From Octopus vulgaris (taxonomy: Eukaryota), in NCBI GenBank assembly GCA_951406725.2, contig OX597826.1, positions 29,574,001 through 29,638,000 of the forward strand: DNA of 64,000 bases, written 5' to 3'. The notes beneath the pieces are model-generated. The model saw only the letters and a list, made by a program, of their open reading frames with translations. It had not been told where the DNA came from and searched no databases. Position 1 is the first letter of the stretch. Every line of letters begins with the position of its first letter. The position numbers were made by a program, and so were the translations under genes. Shown here piece by piece: positions 47,690-61,109 of this stretch.

Positions 47690-50600
47690 TTGTCATACTC
47701 AAACTCGGTGTGTGACACACTAATTGTACATATTAGGCAACTTGATGTAGTTGTGTGTGCTACATATCGCCCTCCAGATGCCCCAAGCCATGTGGGCAAG
47801 TTCGAAGACTGCCTTATAAAAATAGAAGAAATTCTAACCACATTAGAACAACACATAGGTGTGCTTCTTATGGGAGACTTCAATCTGCCCAATGTCAGAT
47901 GGCCCGAGGGCCTTTCTCTCCCAGGAATGACAAGATGTGAACGAGGACAGGCGAGGTCCCTCCTGAACCTCATCAACACCCTGTACATGGAGCAGGTAAT
48001 ACTCCAACCAACCAGGGCAGGTAACACACTGGATCTCTGCTTCACAAATGACATGGATCTCATCCATAATGTGAAAGTGACACCGACACTACTCTCGGAT
48101 CACAACATGATAGAGCTGACCATGTACGGGCCAAAAGAGAGCACGGACATGCAGCCTACAAGAAACCCTCAAAATCTTTCCAGCTTGAACTACCATAAGG
48201 CAAACTGGAAACAAATTGAAAAGAGATCCTCAAACAAAACTGGCCTGAATGTCTCTCCTCGCCAGACATCGACGTGAAACTTCAACAATTCATGTCTGTA
48301 ATGCAAGCCATATGCTACAAATGTGTCCCAGAGAGAAAGGCCACTGTACACAAGAACAAAATCCCCAGAGAGAGGAAAATTTTAATGAGACGGCGTACGA
48401 AATTTTCAAATCGCCTAAACAAACAGATTGAAAGCAGTGAAAAGTCCCGCCTAAAAATAAAACTGTTGGAAATCGAAAAATGTCTGCAACTCTCCCATGA
48501 AAAAGAAAGAGCAGACAAAGAAGCCTGGGCTATAGAAAACATAAAATCTAACCCCAGAGCTTTCTACAGGTATGCCAAAGAAACAGCTACAGTGCACTGT
48601 AGAATAGGGCCACTCCTTGAAAAGGATGGCACACTTACAGGAAAACCAATGAGGGTAAGTGAAATACTGAATGAGCAATTCAAGAGTGTTTTCACTCCAC
48701 CCCTTGGGCATCTCCAAATCACCAATCCAACTGACTTTTTTACCACTGCAGATATAAAATCAGAGGCGGCGACGATAGATTACATCGATATAAAGGAAGA
48801 CGATGTAACCAAGGCTATAGATGAAATGAAAACAGACTCAGCTACGGGCCCCGATGGATTCCCGGCAATCCTCCTAAAAGCATGTAAGAGAGTCCTAGCA
48901 AGACCACTGCAGTTCCTCTTTCAGAGCTTCCTTGCAGCTGGCAAACTTCCAGGAAAACTGAAGGAAGGTAAAATATGCCCCATTCATAAAGGAGGTAGCA
49001 GAGCGGAAGCCAAGAACTATAGACCTATCTCTCTGACCTCACACATCAGCAAGGTCATGGAACGAATAGTCAGAAGGAAGCTGATCACCTTCCTTGAAGA
49101 GATAGACTTGCTGCCCGACACCCAACATGGTTTCCGACCAGGGAGAAGCTGTTTAACTCAGCTCCTACAACACTATGACTGGGTGCTGAAACGGCTGCTC
49201 AACCACTCAAATGTGGAAGTGATATATCTCGACTTTGCAAAGGCCTTTGATAAAGTCGATCATGGAATGATATGTCACAAACTGCGTGATCTCAACATAG
49301 TTGGAAAACTGGGAGAATGGCTTCATGACTTTCTGAAGGATAGAAGTCAGGTGGTAGTAGCCAATGGGGCCACCTCCATTAACACACAAATAGTGAGCGG
49401 TGTTCCGCAGGGCACTGTTCTGGGACCACTACTGTTCATAATGGCCCTCTCAGACATGCCCTCAGCCACGCAGAGAGCCACGATCACAAGTTATGCAGAT
49501 GATACAAAAGTCTCACAGGCAATACAGAACCCTGAGGACACTAAACACCTGCAATGTGAGCTGGACGAAATATACAAGTGGGCTGAAAAGAATAGCATGC
49601 AGTTCAATGCTGGAAAGTTTCAAGCTTTATACTATCAGCATGCAAAACTGAATGCAATACCCAATGAATACACTGGACCCGGAGGGATTGCAATCCCAGA
49701 GGCACAATCAGTGCGTGACCTGGGTATTCACATGAGTGATGACGCGACCTTTCATGTACATGTTGCTAAACTGACAATGAAATGTAGACGGCTGGCTGGA
49801 TGGATTCTTAGAACCTTTAGAACAAGAGAACAAGAAACCATAATGGTCCTCTGGAAGACACTTGTCCTAAGCCACTTTGACTATTGCTCTCAGCTATGGT
49901 CACCATCCAGTGTCAAGTTGATCACAGAACTTGAGGCGATCCAACGAAGCTACACAAAGAAGATAGCCTCTATGCAGAATGTAAGCTACTGGGAAAGACT
50001 CAAGAGATTAAAATTATATTCCCTGGAGCGTAGGCGGGAAAGATATGCCATAATATACATCTGGAAGATCCTGGAGGGAAGTGTCCTGAACTTTGGCATC
50101 GAGAGTTACGCAAATGCCAGAACTGGGCGCCACTGCGTGGTGCCTAGGACTCCAAACCTGCCATCAAGATGTAGGACAAGATACTGTGATAGCCTGGGCT
50201 TCCGAGGCCCACAGCTCTTCAATATCCTCCCGAAGAACCTGAGAGACCTGCATGGGGTGGATACAGATGTCTTTAAAATGAAGCTGGATCTCTTCCTGTC
50301 AGGTGTCCCAGATGAACCAACTTCACGGCAGGAGGGGCAGATGAGGGCAGCTGCATCGAACTCTCTCATGCACCAAATAGCAGCTGCTAGAAAGCCTCCA
50401 TGAAGTGAAACCAAGTAGCAACACAAAATGGCGGTGCCCCAGCATGGCCACAGCTCATAAGCTGAAACTAGAATCAATCAATCAATCAATCATACATATA
50501 TATATACATACATATATATACATATATATATATACATATATATACATATATATACATATATATATATATACATACTCATAGACATGCATATATGTTTCAT

Positions 50601-51236
50601 ATATATTGGAGCCTAGTGCAGCCTCCTGGCTTCCCAGGCCCTGGTCAAATCGTCCAACCAATGCTAGCATGGAAAACAGACGTTAAACGATGATGATGAT
50701 ATATATACACATACTCATATACACATGCATATATGTTTCATATATATATATATGTTTCATATATATATATACATACATACATACTCATATACACATGCAC
50801 ATATGTTTCATATATATATATATATATGTATACACACATACACATGCATATCTGTATATATGTTTCATATATTCTTTTACTTGTTTATCATTTTCCTGTG
50901 GCCATGCTGGAGCATCGCTTTATATGTGTGTGTGTGTGTGTGTGTTGAAACACCTCTGAATGTAGCATAGCTCTGCTCAATTACATTTGACCTTGGGCTT
51001 ACAGTGTACAACGATCAATGTTAGGATGACATTTTGTTTTGTCTCCTCAATCAATATACAACAACAACAAGGCTTCGCCTTTGAGTTCCTGTGTGGCCTA
51101 ATTTTATTTTATTTTTATTTCATAATCATCCTTTGTGAACTTTAATGTCCTTGTTGAGTAAAGGTTCCTACTCTGTCATTATATTTCTGGATGATGCCAG
51201 TGATAAGGAAAAAATCTGTAACACAGCAGGTTTTGT
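47690..51236 (+). repeat. Near-identical duplicate of 44046-47589 across the gap; includes LINE copy C (47690-50492, ORF 48274-50403)
   Basis: Same LINE, same 3' flank and same unique sequence ending AGGTTTTGT; only a few SNPs and indels differ. Confidence 0.95.
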
Positions 51237-51934
51237 TTGAAGTGTTTTGGTGTCATATTTGCTTTGTGTTGTTGTTTACATTTTTTTAATGCTAGTTGCT
51301 GTGTGATAAGAAGCTTGCTTCTCAACCACATGGTTCTGGGTTCAGTCCCACTGCATGGCACCTTGGGCAAATGTCTTTTACTGTAGCCTTGGGCAGACCA
51401 AAGCCTTGTGAGTAGATTTGGTAGACGGAAACTGAAAGAAGCCCGTCGTGTATGTATGTATTTATTTGTTATTTGTGTCTTCCCCCCACATCTGTTGACA
51501 ACTGATGTTGGTGTGTTTACATCCCCATAACTTAGCAGTTCAGCAAAAAGAGATTGATAGAATAAGTACTAGGTTTATAAAGTATAAGTCCTGGGGTTGA
51601 TTTGTTCGACTAAAGACTCCAGCATGGCTGCAGTTAAATGACTGAAACAAGTAAAAGATTAAAAGAATATGGTGCAAACTATAAACCTATATATGCAGGA
51701 GGTAAGAAGTTTTCTTCACAACAGTATGGTTTCAGGTTCTGTCCTACTGCACAGCACCTTGAGTAATTATTTTCTTTCTGAATATAAACCCAAGCCAGTT
51801 AGTGTTTTGTGAGTGGAATTAGTTTGTGGAGACTCTATGGAAACCTGTTGTATGGATATTTGTTGTATGGATGTTTTTTGTTTGTTTGTTTCCTTGTCTT
51901 TTATATCTTTTTTTCCATGCTAGCATGGCTCAGT

Positions 51935-52272
51935 GAAGGTACATGGCTCAGTGGTTAGAACATCGAGCTTACGATCATGAGGTTGTGAGCTTGAATCCCA
52001 GACTGGGCTGCATGTTGTGTTCTTGAGCAAGACACTTTATTTCACATTGCTCCAGTTTACTCAGCTGTAGAAATCAGTTGTGACGTCACTGGTGCCAAGC
52101 TGTAACGGCCCCTTTGCCTTTCCCCTGGCTAACACTGGTGGCGTGGAGAGCAGAGACCGGTATGCATGGGTAACTGCTGGTCTTCCATAAACAACCTTGC
52201 CCGGACTTGTGCCTGGGAGGGTAACTTCCTAGGTGCAATCCCATGGTCTGTGTCGTGACCGAAGGGAATCTC
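51935..52272 (+). mobile_element. tRNA-derived SINE with a type C-like head and a different body and tail
   Basis: TGGCTCAGTGGTTAG head; TTCTTGAGCAAGACACTTTATTTCAC shared with type C; AGCATGG on both flanks. Confidence 0.75.
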
Positions 52273-53659
52273 AGCATGGGTTAAGTGGACGTATTATGAA
52301 GACATTATTTTTCAGCTGGAGTTTTTCTCATGAGGGATCTTTTATTTCTGCACGTCTTTAAAAGTGCAAAGCTAACAGACAATTTGTTGATAGAGGACAC
52401 AAAAACAGTCCCACTGCTTGTAGTTCAGTGAATTTTCAAGAAGCAAAATTTTGAACATATACAAAGATGTAAAGATATACATAGGCACACACACACACAC
52501 TTATTGTTAGTAACATGTAATGTTCATTTTCCATGCTGATTTGATTTGGACAGTTTCACAAGAATTGGCAAGCCTGGGAGCCACACCAAGTTCCATTGTC
52601 TGTTCTGGCATGGTTTCTACATCTGGATGCCCTTCCTAACATCAACCACTTTACAGAGTGCTCTGGATGCTTTTTTTTATATGGCACCAGCACCAACAGG
52701 GTTGCCAAACACCTTTGCAAGATAAAAACCCCTCAATTGGCTTCTTTCAGTTTCTGTGTATCAAACCCCAACCCACATGACTTTGTTTGACCGCCACTAC
52801 AGCGGAAGATATTTACTTAAGGTGCTGTGCTTTTAGATTGAACCAGAAACTATGGGGTTGGAAAATAAACTTTTTAACCACACAGCCATGTGTATATTTG
52901 ATTTGTGTGCGTATGTGTGTGTTGACATACTGAAACTACACTTGTCATTTTCAGAGTTGAAAAATGTTATGACATTTACATTCCTTATTGACCTTATAAC
53001 CAGTGGTCACTCTACACTTTAGATGACTGGCAGAATAAAGAAAAACAACCCCTTATTTAACCCCTTAGCTTTCAGATTACTCTCTTAAATGTCATTTCCA
53101 TAATTTTGAATTAATAATGTATTATATCATAGCTTCAAGATTTCCCTGATGTGATAGTTTGTTTCTTTAGAATACGTTGTAGGTAGGTGTGAGAGGCTAG
53201 ATCTGGCTGATTTGAACATGCAACCAGTAGAAATGTTGGTGCCTGATACTAGTTTAAATGCTAAATGGTTAAAAAAAAACAAAAAAAAACAGGCAAGAGT
53301 TGATCAGAAGAAAGGCATTGTGCAGTAAAATACTGCCACACAGTCCCTTTTCAACCCATGCTCACATGGAAAATCATAATCATCAAAATTTAATGTTCAC
53401 TTTTCCATGCTTGCATGGGTCAGACGGAATTTGCTGGGGCAGATTTTCTACCGCTGGATGGCTCTCCTGTTGTCTGCCCTCACTTGTTTCCAAGCAGGAT
53501 AACATCTCAACACAGCTAAACTTGTTCTTCATGGAAGGCTGGCAATTAATAACATCACTTGTATGAAAATGATGTTCATTCATAACCATCATGTGATGTC
53601 TAGACAAGGGTACAGACAGACACACATACGCATCCACACATACATTTTACATACACACA

Positions 53660-54017
53660 TTAAAAGCACCATTTGAGCATGATCATTACCAGCGTCGCCT
53701 TACTGGCACTTGTGCCAGTGGCATGTGAACAAAACATTCAAGCAAGGTTGTTGCCAGTGCCGCTGGACTGACACCTGTACAGGTGGCATGTAAAAAACAC
53801 CATTTGAGCATGGCCGTTGCCAGTACCGCCAGACTGGCTCTCATGCTGGTGGCACATAAAAGCACCCACTACACTCTTGAAGTGGTTGGCGTTAGGAAGG
53901 GCATCCAGCTGTAGAAACTCTGCCAGATCAGATTGGAGCCTGGTGCAGCCATCTGGTTTGCAAGTCCTCAGTCAAATCGTCCAAATGGAAAGCGGACATT
54001 AAATGATGATGATGATG
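53660..54017 (+). mobile_element. RTE 3' end with three ~60-bp hairpin units
   Basis: AAAAGCACCATTTGAGCATG..CCAG-N10-CTGGC..TGCCAGTGGCATG units followed by the common 3' block and (GAT)n. Confidence 0.85.
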
Positions 54018-54019
54018 TT

Positions 54020-54375
54020 AGTTCATCTGTTGTTGTCAATGATGATCAAAGAGATTGCATGGGAGAAGAAGACCGAGGCATGATGTGTCTGGCTGTGGTT
54101 GCTCAGTCCGATTCATGCTTATAAGGCCCTGCCACAAGTTGTGCTTTGTTGGGAGTGAAGGCAAGGAGTTAGCTCTGGTCTTGTGCAATTCATGTTTTCT
54201 TTTTGCCCCAGCAATCCTGTTCTGTTTGTTGGAGGTGGCACCTCTATTGGTGCAGATTTGCCAGGCAGGGCAGTCTTGCACTTGCATTTCCCAAGTGTGA
54301 GGTTTAATCTCAAAACTCTTCAGTGAAGCTTCGAGTGTATCCTTGAAAACCCTTTTTCTCTCCACTTTGCTAGGG
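54020..54375 (-). pseudogene. 3' fragment of a second RTE family (BovB/Expander-like C-terminus)
   Basis: RKRVFKDTLEASLKSFEIKPHTWEMQVQDCPAW matches the RTE C-terminal pattern KRFKDTLK.SLK...I....WE..A.DR..W; (CAA)n tail. Confidence 0.75.
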
Positions 54376-56952
54376 CTTGCTCTCCACCTGTTTATTTGTA
54401 TATTAATGTGTGCATACTTGTGTGTGTGTGTATATTTATTTATTTATGTAGGCTTGTGTACATGTCATCATCATTTAATGTCCATTGTCCATGGGTTGGT
54501 CAGTTTGACCAGAGCTGGTAGACCGAGGGGTTTCACCAGACTCCAGTCTGTTGTGGCATGGTTTCTATGGCTGGGTGCCCTTCCTAACAGCAACCACTCC
54601 GAGAGTGTAATGGGTGCTTTTTACATGCCTTCAGCATGGGTTCCAGTTACATGACTCCAGTATCTGCCACGGCTATGATTTCACTTGGCTTCATGGGTCT
54701 TCTTCTCAAGCACAGCATATTGCCAAAAGTCTCGCTCATTTCTCATTGACTCCATGAGTTTATGTATAATTTATAACAGTGAGTGTGTTAGACTTTTAAG
54801 AGTCTTACAACAGTACTAGCTCTGACAGCAGATTTACTATTCTCTAACCCAAAAGAATTGAAACTGGTCATATCTAGCCCAAATATCCTACCTGTTTTAT
54901 GTTCAAACCGGGTAGATCTGACCTTTCACACCTACCTTACAATGTCATTCTAAGAATAAACAGTCACATCATCAAAATTTATCGTTATGAGATAATGCAT
55001 GATTTAATTCAAAATAATGTGAGGAGGAGTTCATGTTCCTTCCGCTGCTTCCCCGGCTGGCTTCCATGCCGGTGGCACATGAAAAACACCAACTGATCGT
55101 GGCCGTTGCCAGCCTCCTCTGGCCCCTGTGCCAGTGGCATGTAAAAAGCACCCACTACACACACGGAGTGGTTGGCGTTAGGAAGGGCATCCAGCTGTAG
55201 AAACACTGCCAGATCAGACTGGAGCCTGGTGCAGCCTCCTGGCTTCCCAGACCCCGGTCGAACCGTCCAACCCATGCTTGCATGGAAAACGGACGTTAAA
55301 CGATGATGATGATGTGAATAAATAAGCATCACATTTGACAGAGTACTCTGAATGTTAAGGTGTTGAATATGAAAATCCTCTAAAATACATACCAGTAATA
55401 TACTAGTTATCTGAGCTCTATATTGATCTTACTAACCTTGCTGTCAATTGGTTGATTGCTGTCTGCAGACATTATTTCCTTTACTTGTGATTGGTCTGAA
55501 AAGAGACACTCAAATGTATTTAATTATAAACAACTGAAAGAGTTGATGGTTTAAAGGCTGTTATATTGAACAAGGTCAGATGAATTTCAGATAAAAGGCA
55601 AGCAACAAATCCTGAATAGATACATAGAAATGATTATGAATAAAGGCAAAGCTGAATACAGACACAGAATCAAGCTGAACACATATATACACGTGTACAA
55701 ACACACACATACACATAAATTCATACATCCAGATATGCGAGTGTATGTGTTGATATGTGTTTGCATGTATGTATGTGTGTATGGTATACGTGTGTGTCTG
55801 GATATGGAAAGCAGGTGTTAAATGATGATATGTATGTGTGTGTGTGGATGTATATATATATGTATGTGTCTATCTTTGTTTCTGTGTGTGTGTATATATG
55901 TATATGAACCTGTTATAGGCTAAAATATAGGTGACATATGTAAACATTCTCAGTGGAAAGAATTGAAACGTTTGCATGTTTTTATCAAGTCTTGTTAGAA
56001 AAAGTGATTTTGAATAATTGAAGTAAATTTGATTCTCTGTCAAATCTAAATATTTTGTAGTTTGTTTAATTATTTCATTTTATTTTATTTTATTTTATTT
56101 AAAAAAAATTTTTCTTGCAAATCATCAAATGTTTGATGAAAATTATAGAATTATTAAAGCAAAAAAAAGCAAAGGCATGGGTAGGATGGGTAGGTGTTTA
56201 AGAAGCTTGCTTGGCAACTATGCGGCTTTGGGTTCAATCTCATTGTGTGGCACCTTAGGCGATTGTTTTCTACTGTATCCATAGGCTGACCTTTGCCTTG
56301 TGAGTGAATTTGGTACATGGAAACTGTTGAGCATGCAGGGCTGGCTCAAGGTATTGGCATCTCTGGTACTGGCTCAAGGTACTATGTGCTCCATACAGCC
56401 TAAGTGAGGGCATTTATACCTCCATATCTGTTAATGCTTATATTTAATACTTGTTTTGCTATATTGTGTATTTGTTTCTTTTTGGAGTTAGGAAGGGCAT
56501 CCAGCCGTAGAAACATTGCCAGATCAAACTGGGCCTGGTGCAGCCTTCTGGCTTCCCAGACCCCAGTTGAACCGTCCAACCCATGCTAGCATGGAAAGCG
56601 GATGCTAAACGATGATGATGATGATGATGCATACAAATACTGAGAAGAAAACTTGCAGAACAGACGTTATTTTAACAAGATGCATCTTGTAATCACCAAT
56701 GGATACTCCTAAACCAGTTGTTAAGTATCCCATCCTTGATGGGTTGATGCTAGACGTGCCAAAACAATTGTTGTGATTTATGATAAACTCTCCTATCTTC
56801 CATCTTCCATCTCATTAATTAAACATCCAATAAACATGGTGAAAATGAATGTGATTTACCAGTTAGCTACCAGGTGTATACCATATCTAATAATGAACAT
56901 ATATATAATCTTTTACTCATTTCAGCCATGTGGCTGCAGTCATGCTGGAGCA

Positions 56953-57673
56953 TAGGGTGGCCCAAAAGTAGGTTTACAGTTATCATGTAGGCACTTTAAA
57001 TTTCTTTTAAAACATTTTATTACATTTTAATTTCTATCTTACAAACAAAAAAAGGGAGCTTGACAAAATTAACTAAATTAGTATGGAGTAACAGTTTCGT
57101 ATTGTTTTATAATTAAGATCACCATTCAAGCGTGGTCAATGCCTATTTCTTTACTACCCACAAGGGGCTAAACATAGAGAGGACAAACAAGGACAGACAA
57201 ATGGATTGAGTCGATTATATCGACCCCAGTGCATAACTGGTACTTAATTTATCGACCCTGAAAGGATGAAAGGCAAAGTTGACCTCGGCGGAATTTGAAC
57301 TCAGAACATAACGGCAGATGAAATACAGCTACGCATTTCACCCGGCATGCTAACGTGTCTGCCAGTTCGCTGTGGTCAATGCCAGTACTGCCTGACTGTC
57401 CCTCATGCTGGTGGCACGTAAAAGGCACCTACTGCACTCTTGGCATGGTTGGCGTTAGGAAGGGCATCCAGCTGTAGAAAGTTTGCCAGATCGAATTGGA
57501 GCCTGGTGCAGCCTTCTACCTTGCCAGCCCTCAGTCAAAGCATCTACCCCATGCCAGCATGGAAAACAGACGTTAAACGACGACGATGATAAGGATGATA
57601 AGATCTAAACTGTTAATATATGAATGTGAAGGAGATAGTTGAATAACTGTGAACCTACTTTTGGGCCGCCCTG
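56953..57673. mobile_element. Tc1/mariner-type MITE carrying a nested RTE 3' end and SINE D
   Basis: TIRs AGGGTGGCCCAAAAGTAGGTTTACAGTTAT / ATAACTGTGAACCTACTTTTGGGCCGCCCT; TA at the right flank. Confidence 0.8.
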
Positions 57674-58659
57674 TACATATATATTTATCCGCATATTTGC
57701 AATGAGGCCATTTAACCATACACCTGTGGCTGTGGCTGAAGTTTTTAGAAAACTAGGTCAAATGTTCATTTTTTTACATTTTAAAAAATTTTCTTTTGAT
57801 CTTTTGTTTCTGTTAACTTCTCCATCCTAACACTAACCGCTCAAATGTAAAGGAGGGTGTGGGTTTTCTCCCACCTCTTTTTTTTTTTTTTTTCATTTCA
57901 GACAAACTGAAACTAGTTTATTTGATTGCTTTGTTTAGAAACACAGCAATTGCGTCATACATTCAAAGTTGTGTGTTTGTTTGCTTTTTTTTTTTCTCCT
58001 GCTAATTGGAGGAACAAGCAATAAATGGAGAGAGAGAGAGAGAGACATGGTTTTTGAGGAATTATGCAGAGTGAGGTGAGGAGGCTGGGTGAGATGGGAG
58101 TGTGTGACATGCTATCCCTAGATGGATTATGCAACATGATTAGATGGGGGTGGGGGGGCAGAGAGGGTATGCCATAGGTTATGATGGGTGATAGTGGTAG
58201 TAGTTTCAAAGGAGGAGTTGTCACAATCTCTGTAGAGGAGTGAGAGAGGGAGTTATCTTGACTACTGTTTAGAGTGTGTTGTTGTTGGATATAGGCTTGC
58301 CTTTCAATCTACTATTGTTGTTGTTTAACCCCAGGTCAAACTTAATGGAACAGACCTATGATCAGGGGTATTCCGACCATGACCATCAACAAGTCTTACG
58401 TTTAGACTTCGTATGTCTGGCACTATATTATTTCATCTATCGTCTTTCTGTATTTTACATGGAGTTTGTGAAGTCTGAGGAAAGTTTGGCTGTTATTTCT
58501 AGTAAAGTTGAAAGATCTGTGTTGAGACTCCCACACTGACTCTTTCAGTCTATAATGTATGTATGTATGTGTGTAATGCATACATTTGTGTGCATCTGGT
58601 GGGGCATGAGTAGATTGTCTGGAATGAGTTAGCAGTATTCTAGTGCAGAAAATATAAAC

Positions 58660-58995
58660 TCTTCCTTCTCTTTCTCCTCTCCTCCATCTCCTTCCCTTCA
58701 TCTTCTCCTCTTCTTCTCCCTTTTCCTTCACTTCCTCCTGCTCCTCTTCTCCCTCCTCTTTTCCGCTACTTCCTCCTTCTCTTCTTCATTTTTGTCATCC
58801 TTCTCCTCTTGTCCTGCTTCCTCCCCTCCTTCCCTCTTCTCTTTTCCTCCACTTCATCCTCTCTTTGTCCTCGTTTTCGTCATCCTTCTCCTCTTGTCCT
58901 GCTTCCTCCCCTCCTTCCCTCTTCTCTTTTCCTCCACTTCTTCCTCCTCCTCTTCCTCACACTTTTCTTCCTCCCCCTTCTTCCTTCTCCCCTGC
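58660..58995. repeat. CT-rich low-complexity tract with an internal ~60-bp duplication
   Basis: TCATCCTTCTCCTCTTGTCCTGCTTCCTCCCC... at ~58796 and ~58880. Confidence 0.85.
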
Positions 58996-59179
58996 TCACC
59001 CATGGTGTCATGCAGTGGGACTGAACCTGGAACCATGTGGTTGGGAAGTAAACCTCTTACCACGTAGCCATGCAGACCTTGAATAAAGTCATATGGACTG
59101 TTAACCAGTCACAAATAGCTGGATGCAGATGCAAAGTTTTCTATGCAGCAGAAATGTGCGTCGAACAAATTTAAACCAA

Positions 59180-59695
59180 TATGCGCTGGTATGGTCATGT
59201 GCTGAGAATGGATGAGGATAGCTGTGTAAAAAAGTGTCACACCCTATTGGTTGAGGTAACCTCTGGAAGAGGTAGACCCAGGAAGACCTAGGATAAAGTG
59301 GTGAAGCATGACCTTCGAGCATTAGGCCTCACCGATGCAATGACTAGTGACCAAGACCTTTGGAAATATGCTGTGCTTGAGAAGATCAAGCCAAGTGAGA
59401 CCATAACCTGTGGCCTATGCCAGTGGTGTAACCAGCCCACTTATGTGTACCTTTCCTTCATTGGACAATAAACTCTACTTGCGAAGACCTGTTGAGGCAA
59501 GTGAAATCGAAATCAAATTCGATGACAGCGTCGCATGACTAGCATCCATGCCAGTGGAGTGCTAAGAGCACCATCCGAGCGTGATCGTTGCCAGGGCTGC
59601 TGACTGGCTCCCATGCTGGTAGTATGAAAAACGCACCATTCGAGCATGATCATTACCAGTGTCGCCTTACTGGCACTTGTGCTGGTGGGCATGTG
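59180..59695 (+). mobile_element. 5'-truncated RTE: ORF C-terminus plus start of the 3' UTR array
   Basis: RWYGHVLRMDEDSCVKKCH..RGRPRKT*DKVVKHDLRALGL, homologous to 110-320 (minus), followed by hairpin units. Confidence 0.9.
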
Positions 59696-60299
59696 AAGTA
59701 CCCAAGGAAGCTTGCTCGGGTTTCTTTCAATAACCCATGTAGTCTTGAACAAATATAGACCCCCTCTTGATCCTTCCCACCTTGACTGATAATGTGACAG
59801 CTGGTAGAAGGGGTGGGGGTGATATACCTACAACTGGCTGCTGCTTATTTTCAGCCGATCATACAGGAGTAATGTGAAATGAAGTGCCTTGCCCAAGGAC
59901 ACAACACATAACCCAATTCAGGAATTGAATACACGATCTTAGTGATTCTCTCACTGTTATTTCAACTAGTAGAGTGAAGTCTATACTTCATTGAGGAGGT
60001 CTACTAAGACTGAAATATGTTCTGAGTTGTCTCCCATAATTGCAAAAATAATTAAAATATTAGTAGTTATCATTAACTGATATTGCCTTTTCCTCTCTGC
60101 ATAATTATTCCACAGTGGCTTTCTTTTTAAAGCTCACTGCATTAAGTTAACTTGACTATAGTTTTCTCCTACAGATGTTGTCCTTGAGTGATTTTTCTCT
60201 AATGTTTTCTCTAAGTCAGTATAAACTATTGGGTGCTGGTGTAGCTTGTGATCTACAGCAACTTAAATCTAGACACATTGTGCAGCAAAAAACAGGATG

Positions 60300-60440
60300 G
60301 GTTTCACCTTATTTTTCTTTGTTTTCCCACTATTTCTCCTCCACATTTGTGGCATGGATCAGTATCTTCATGTTCATCAAAGAGTTCATAGCATCGGAGA
60401 AGTTCTATTGCAGCTTCTTCATCTCAAATAACCTGTGTGT
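60300..60440 (-). pseudogene. Possible Merlin / IS1595-like transposase N-terminal relic
   Basis: Minus frame DEEAAIELLRCYELFDEHEDTDPCHKCGGEIVGKQRK resembles the DEE.A..FL....CxxCG zinc-ribbon start; stops on both sides. Confidence 0.35.
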
Positions 60441-61109
60441 AAAATTATTTTGCTCTCATCAACTTTTTTCGATGGGCTCAGAACTAAAAGTGTTTAAATC
60501 ATAAAAGTGTTTTTGGTTTATTTACCAAACCAACAGAAAGTCAAGTAAATAGATGAATTTTAAATGTAGGTCAAAAAGTCAGTGTAAATTACGGATTATA
60601 CCATTTGAACTAATGTAGATCACAAGCTATACCAGAAACATGTATGTAGATCACATACTACACTGGGCATTGACTGTTACCCTAAATACACAATGGAACA
60701 CCTGCATTGGATTTGATTGGTTGACCTTTGATCAAGTCCATTCATTTAAACATTTTGATTTTTGTGAATGGGTGTATATATATGTTGTTTAACCTCATAT
60801 CCTCCTTGGTGAAGCAGGCATATGATCAAAGGTGCTTAACCTTTGTGTTACAATATTTGTTAAAATACAATTCTTTGGTTTCAATTAATTTTGAAAATAG
60901 TGAGGAATATAGTAATATAACTTTGACATGAATTAAACTGGTATTTTGAACACTAATTAACATAAAATTTTGACGGAAGATTTTCATTTAGATCACTTTA
61001 ACCCTTTTGTTAACATATTTCTGTTGAAATACATTGCTTTTATTTCTATTAATTTTGAAAATAGTGAAGAATTTAGCAAAATAACATTAATTGTTTGGTT
61101 CACTAATTA

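Noticed and set aside
60175-60504. + strand ORF after a good acceptor (TTTTCTCCTACAG), as the next host exon
   Set aside because: In phase 1 it hits TGA after five codons; the minus strand gives a more protein-like transposase relic.
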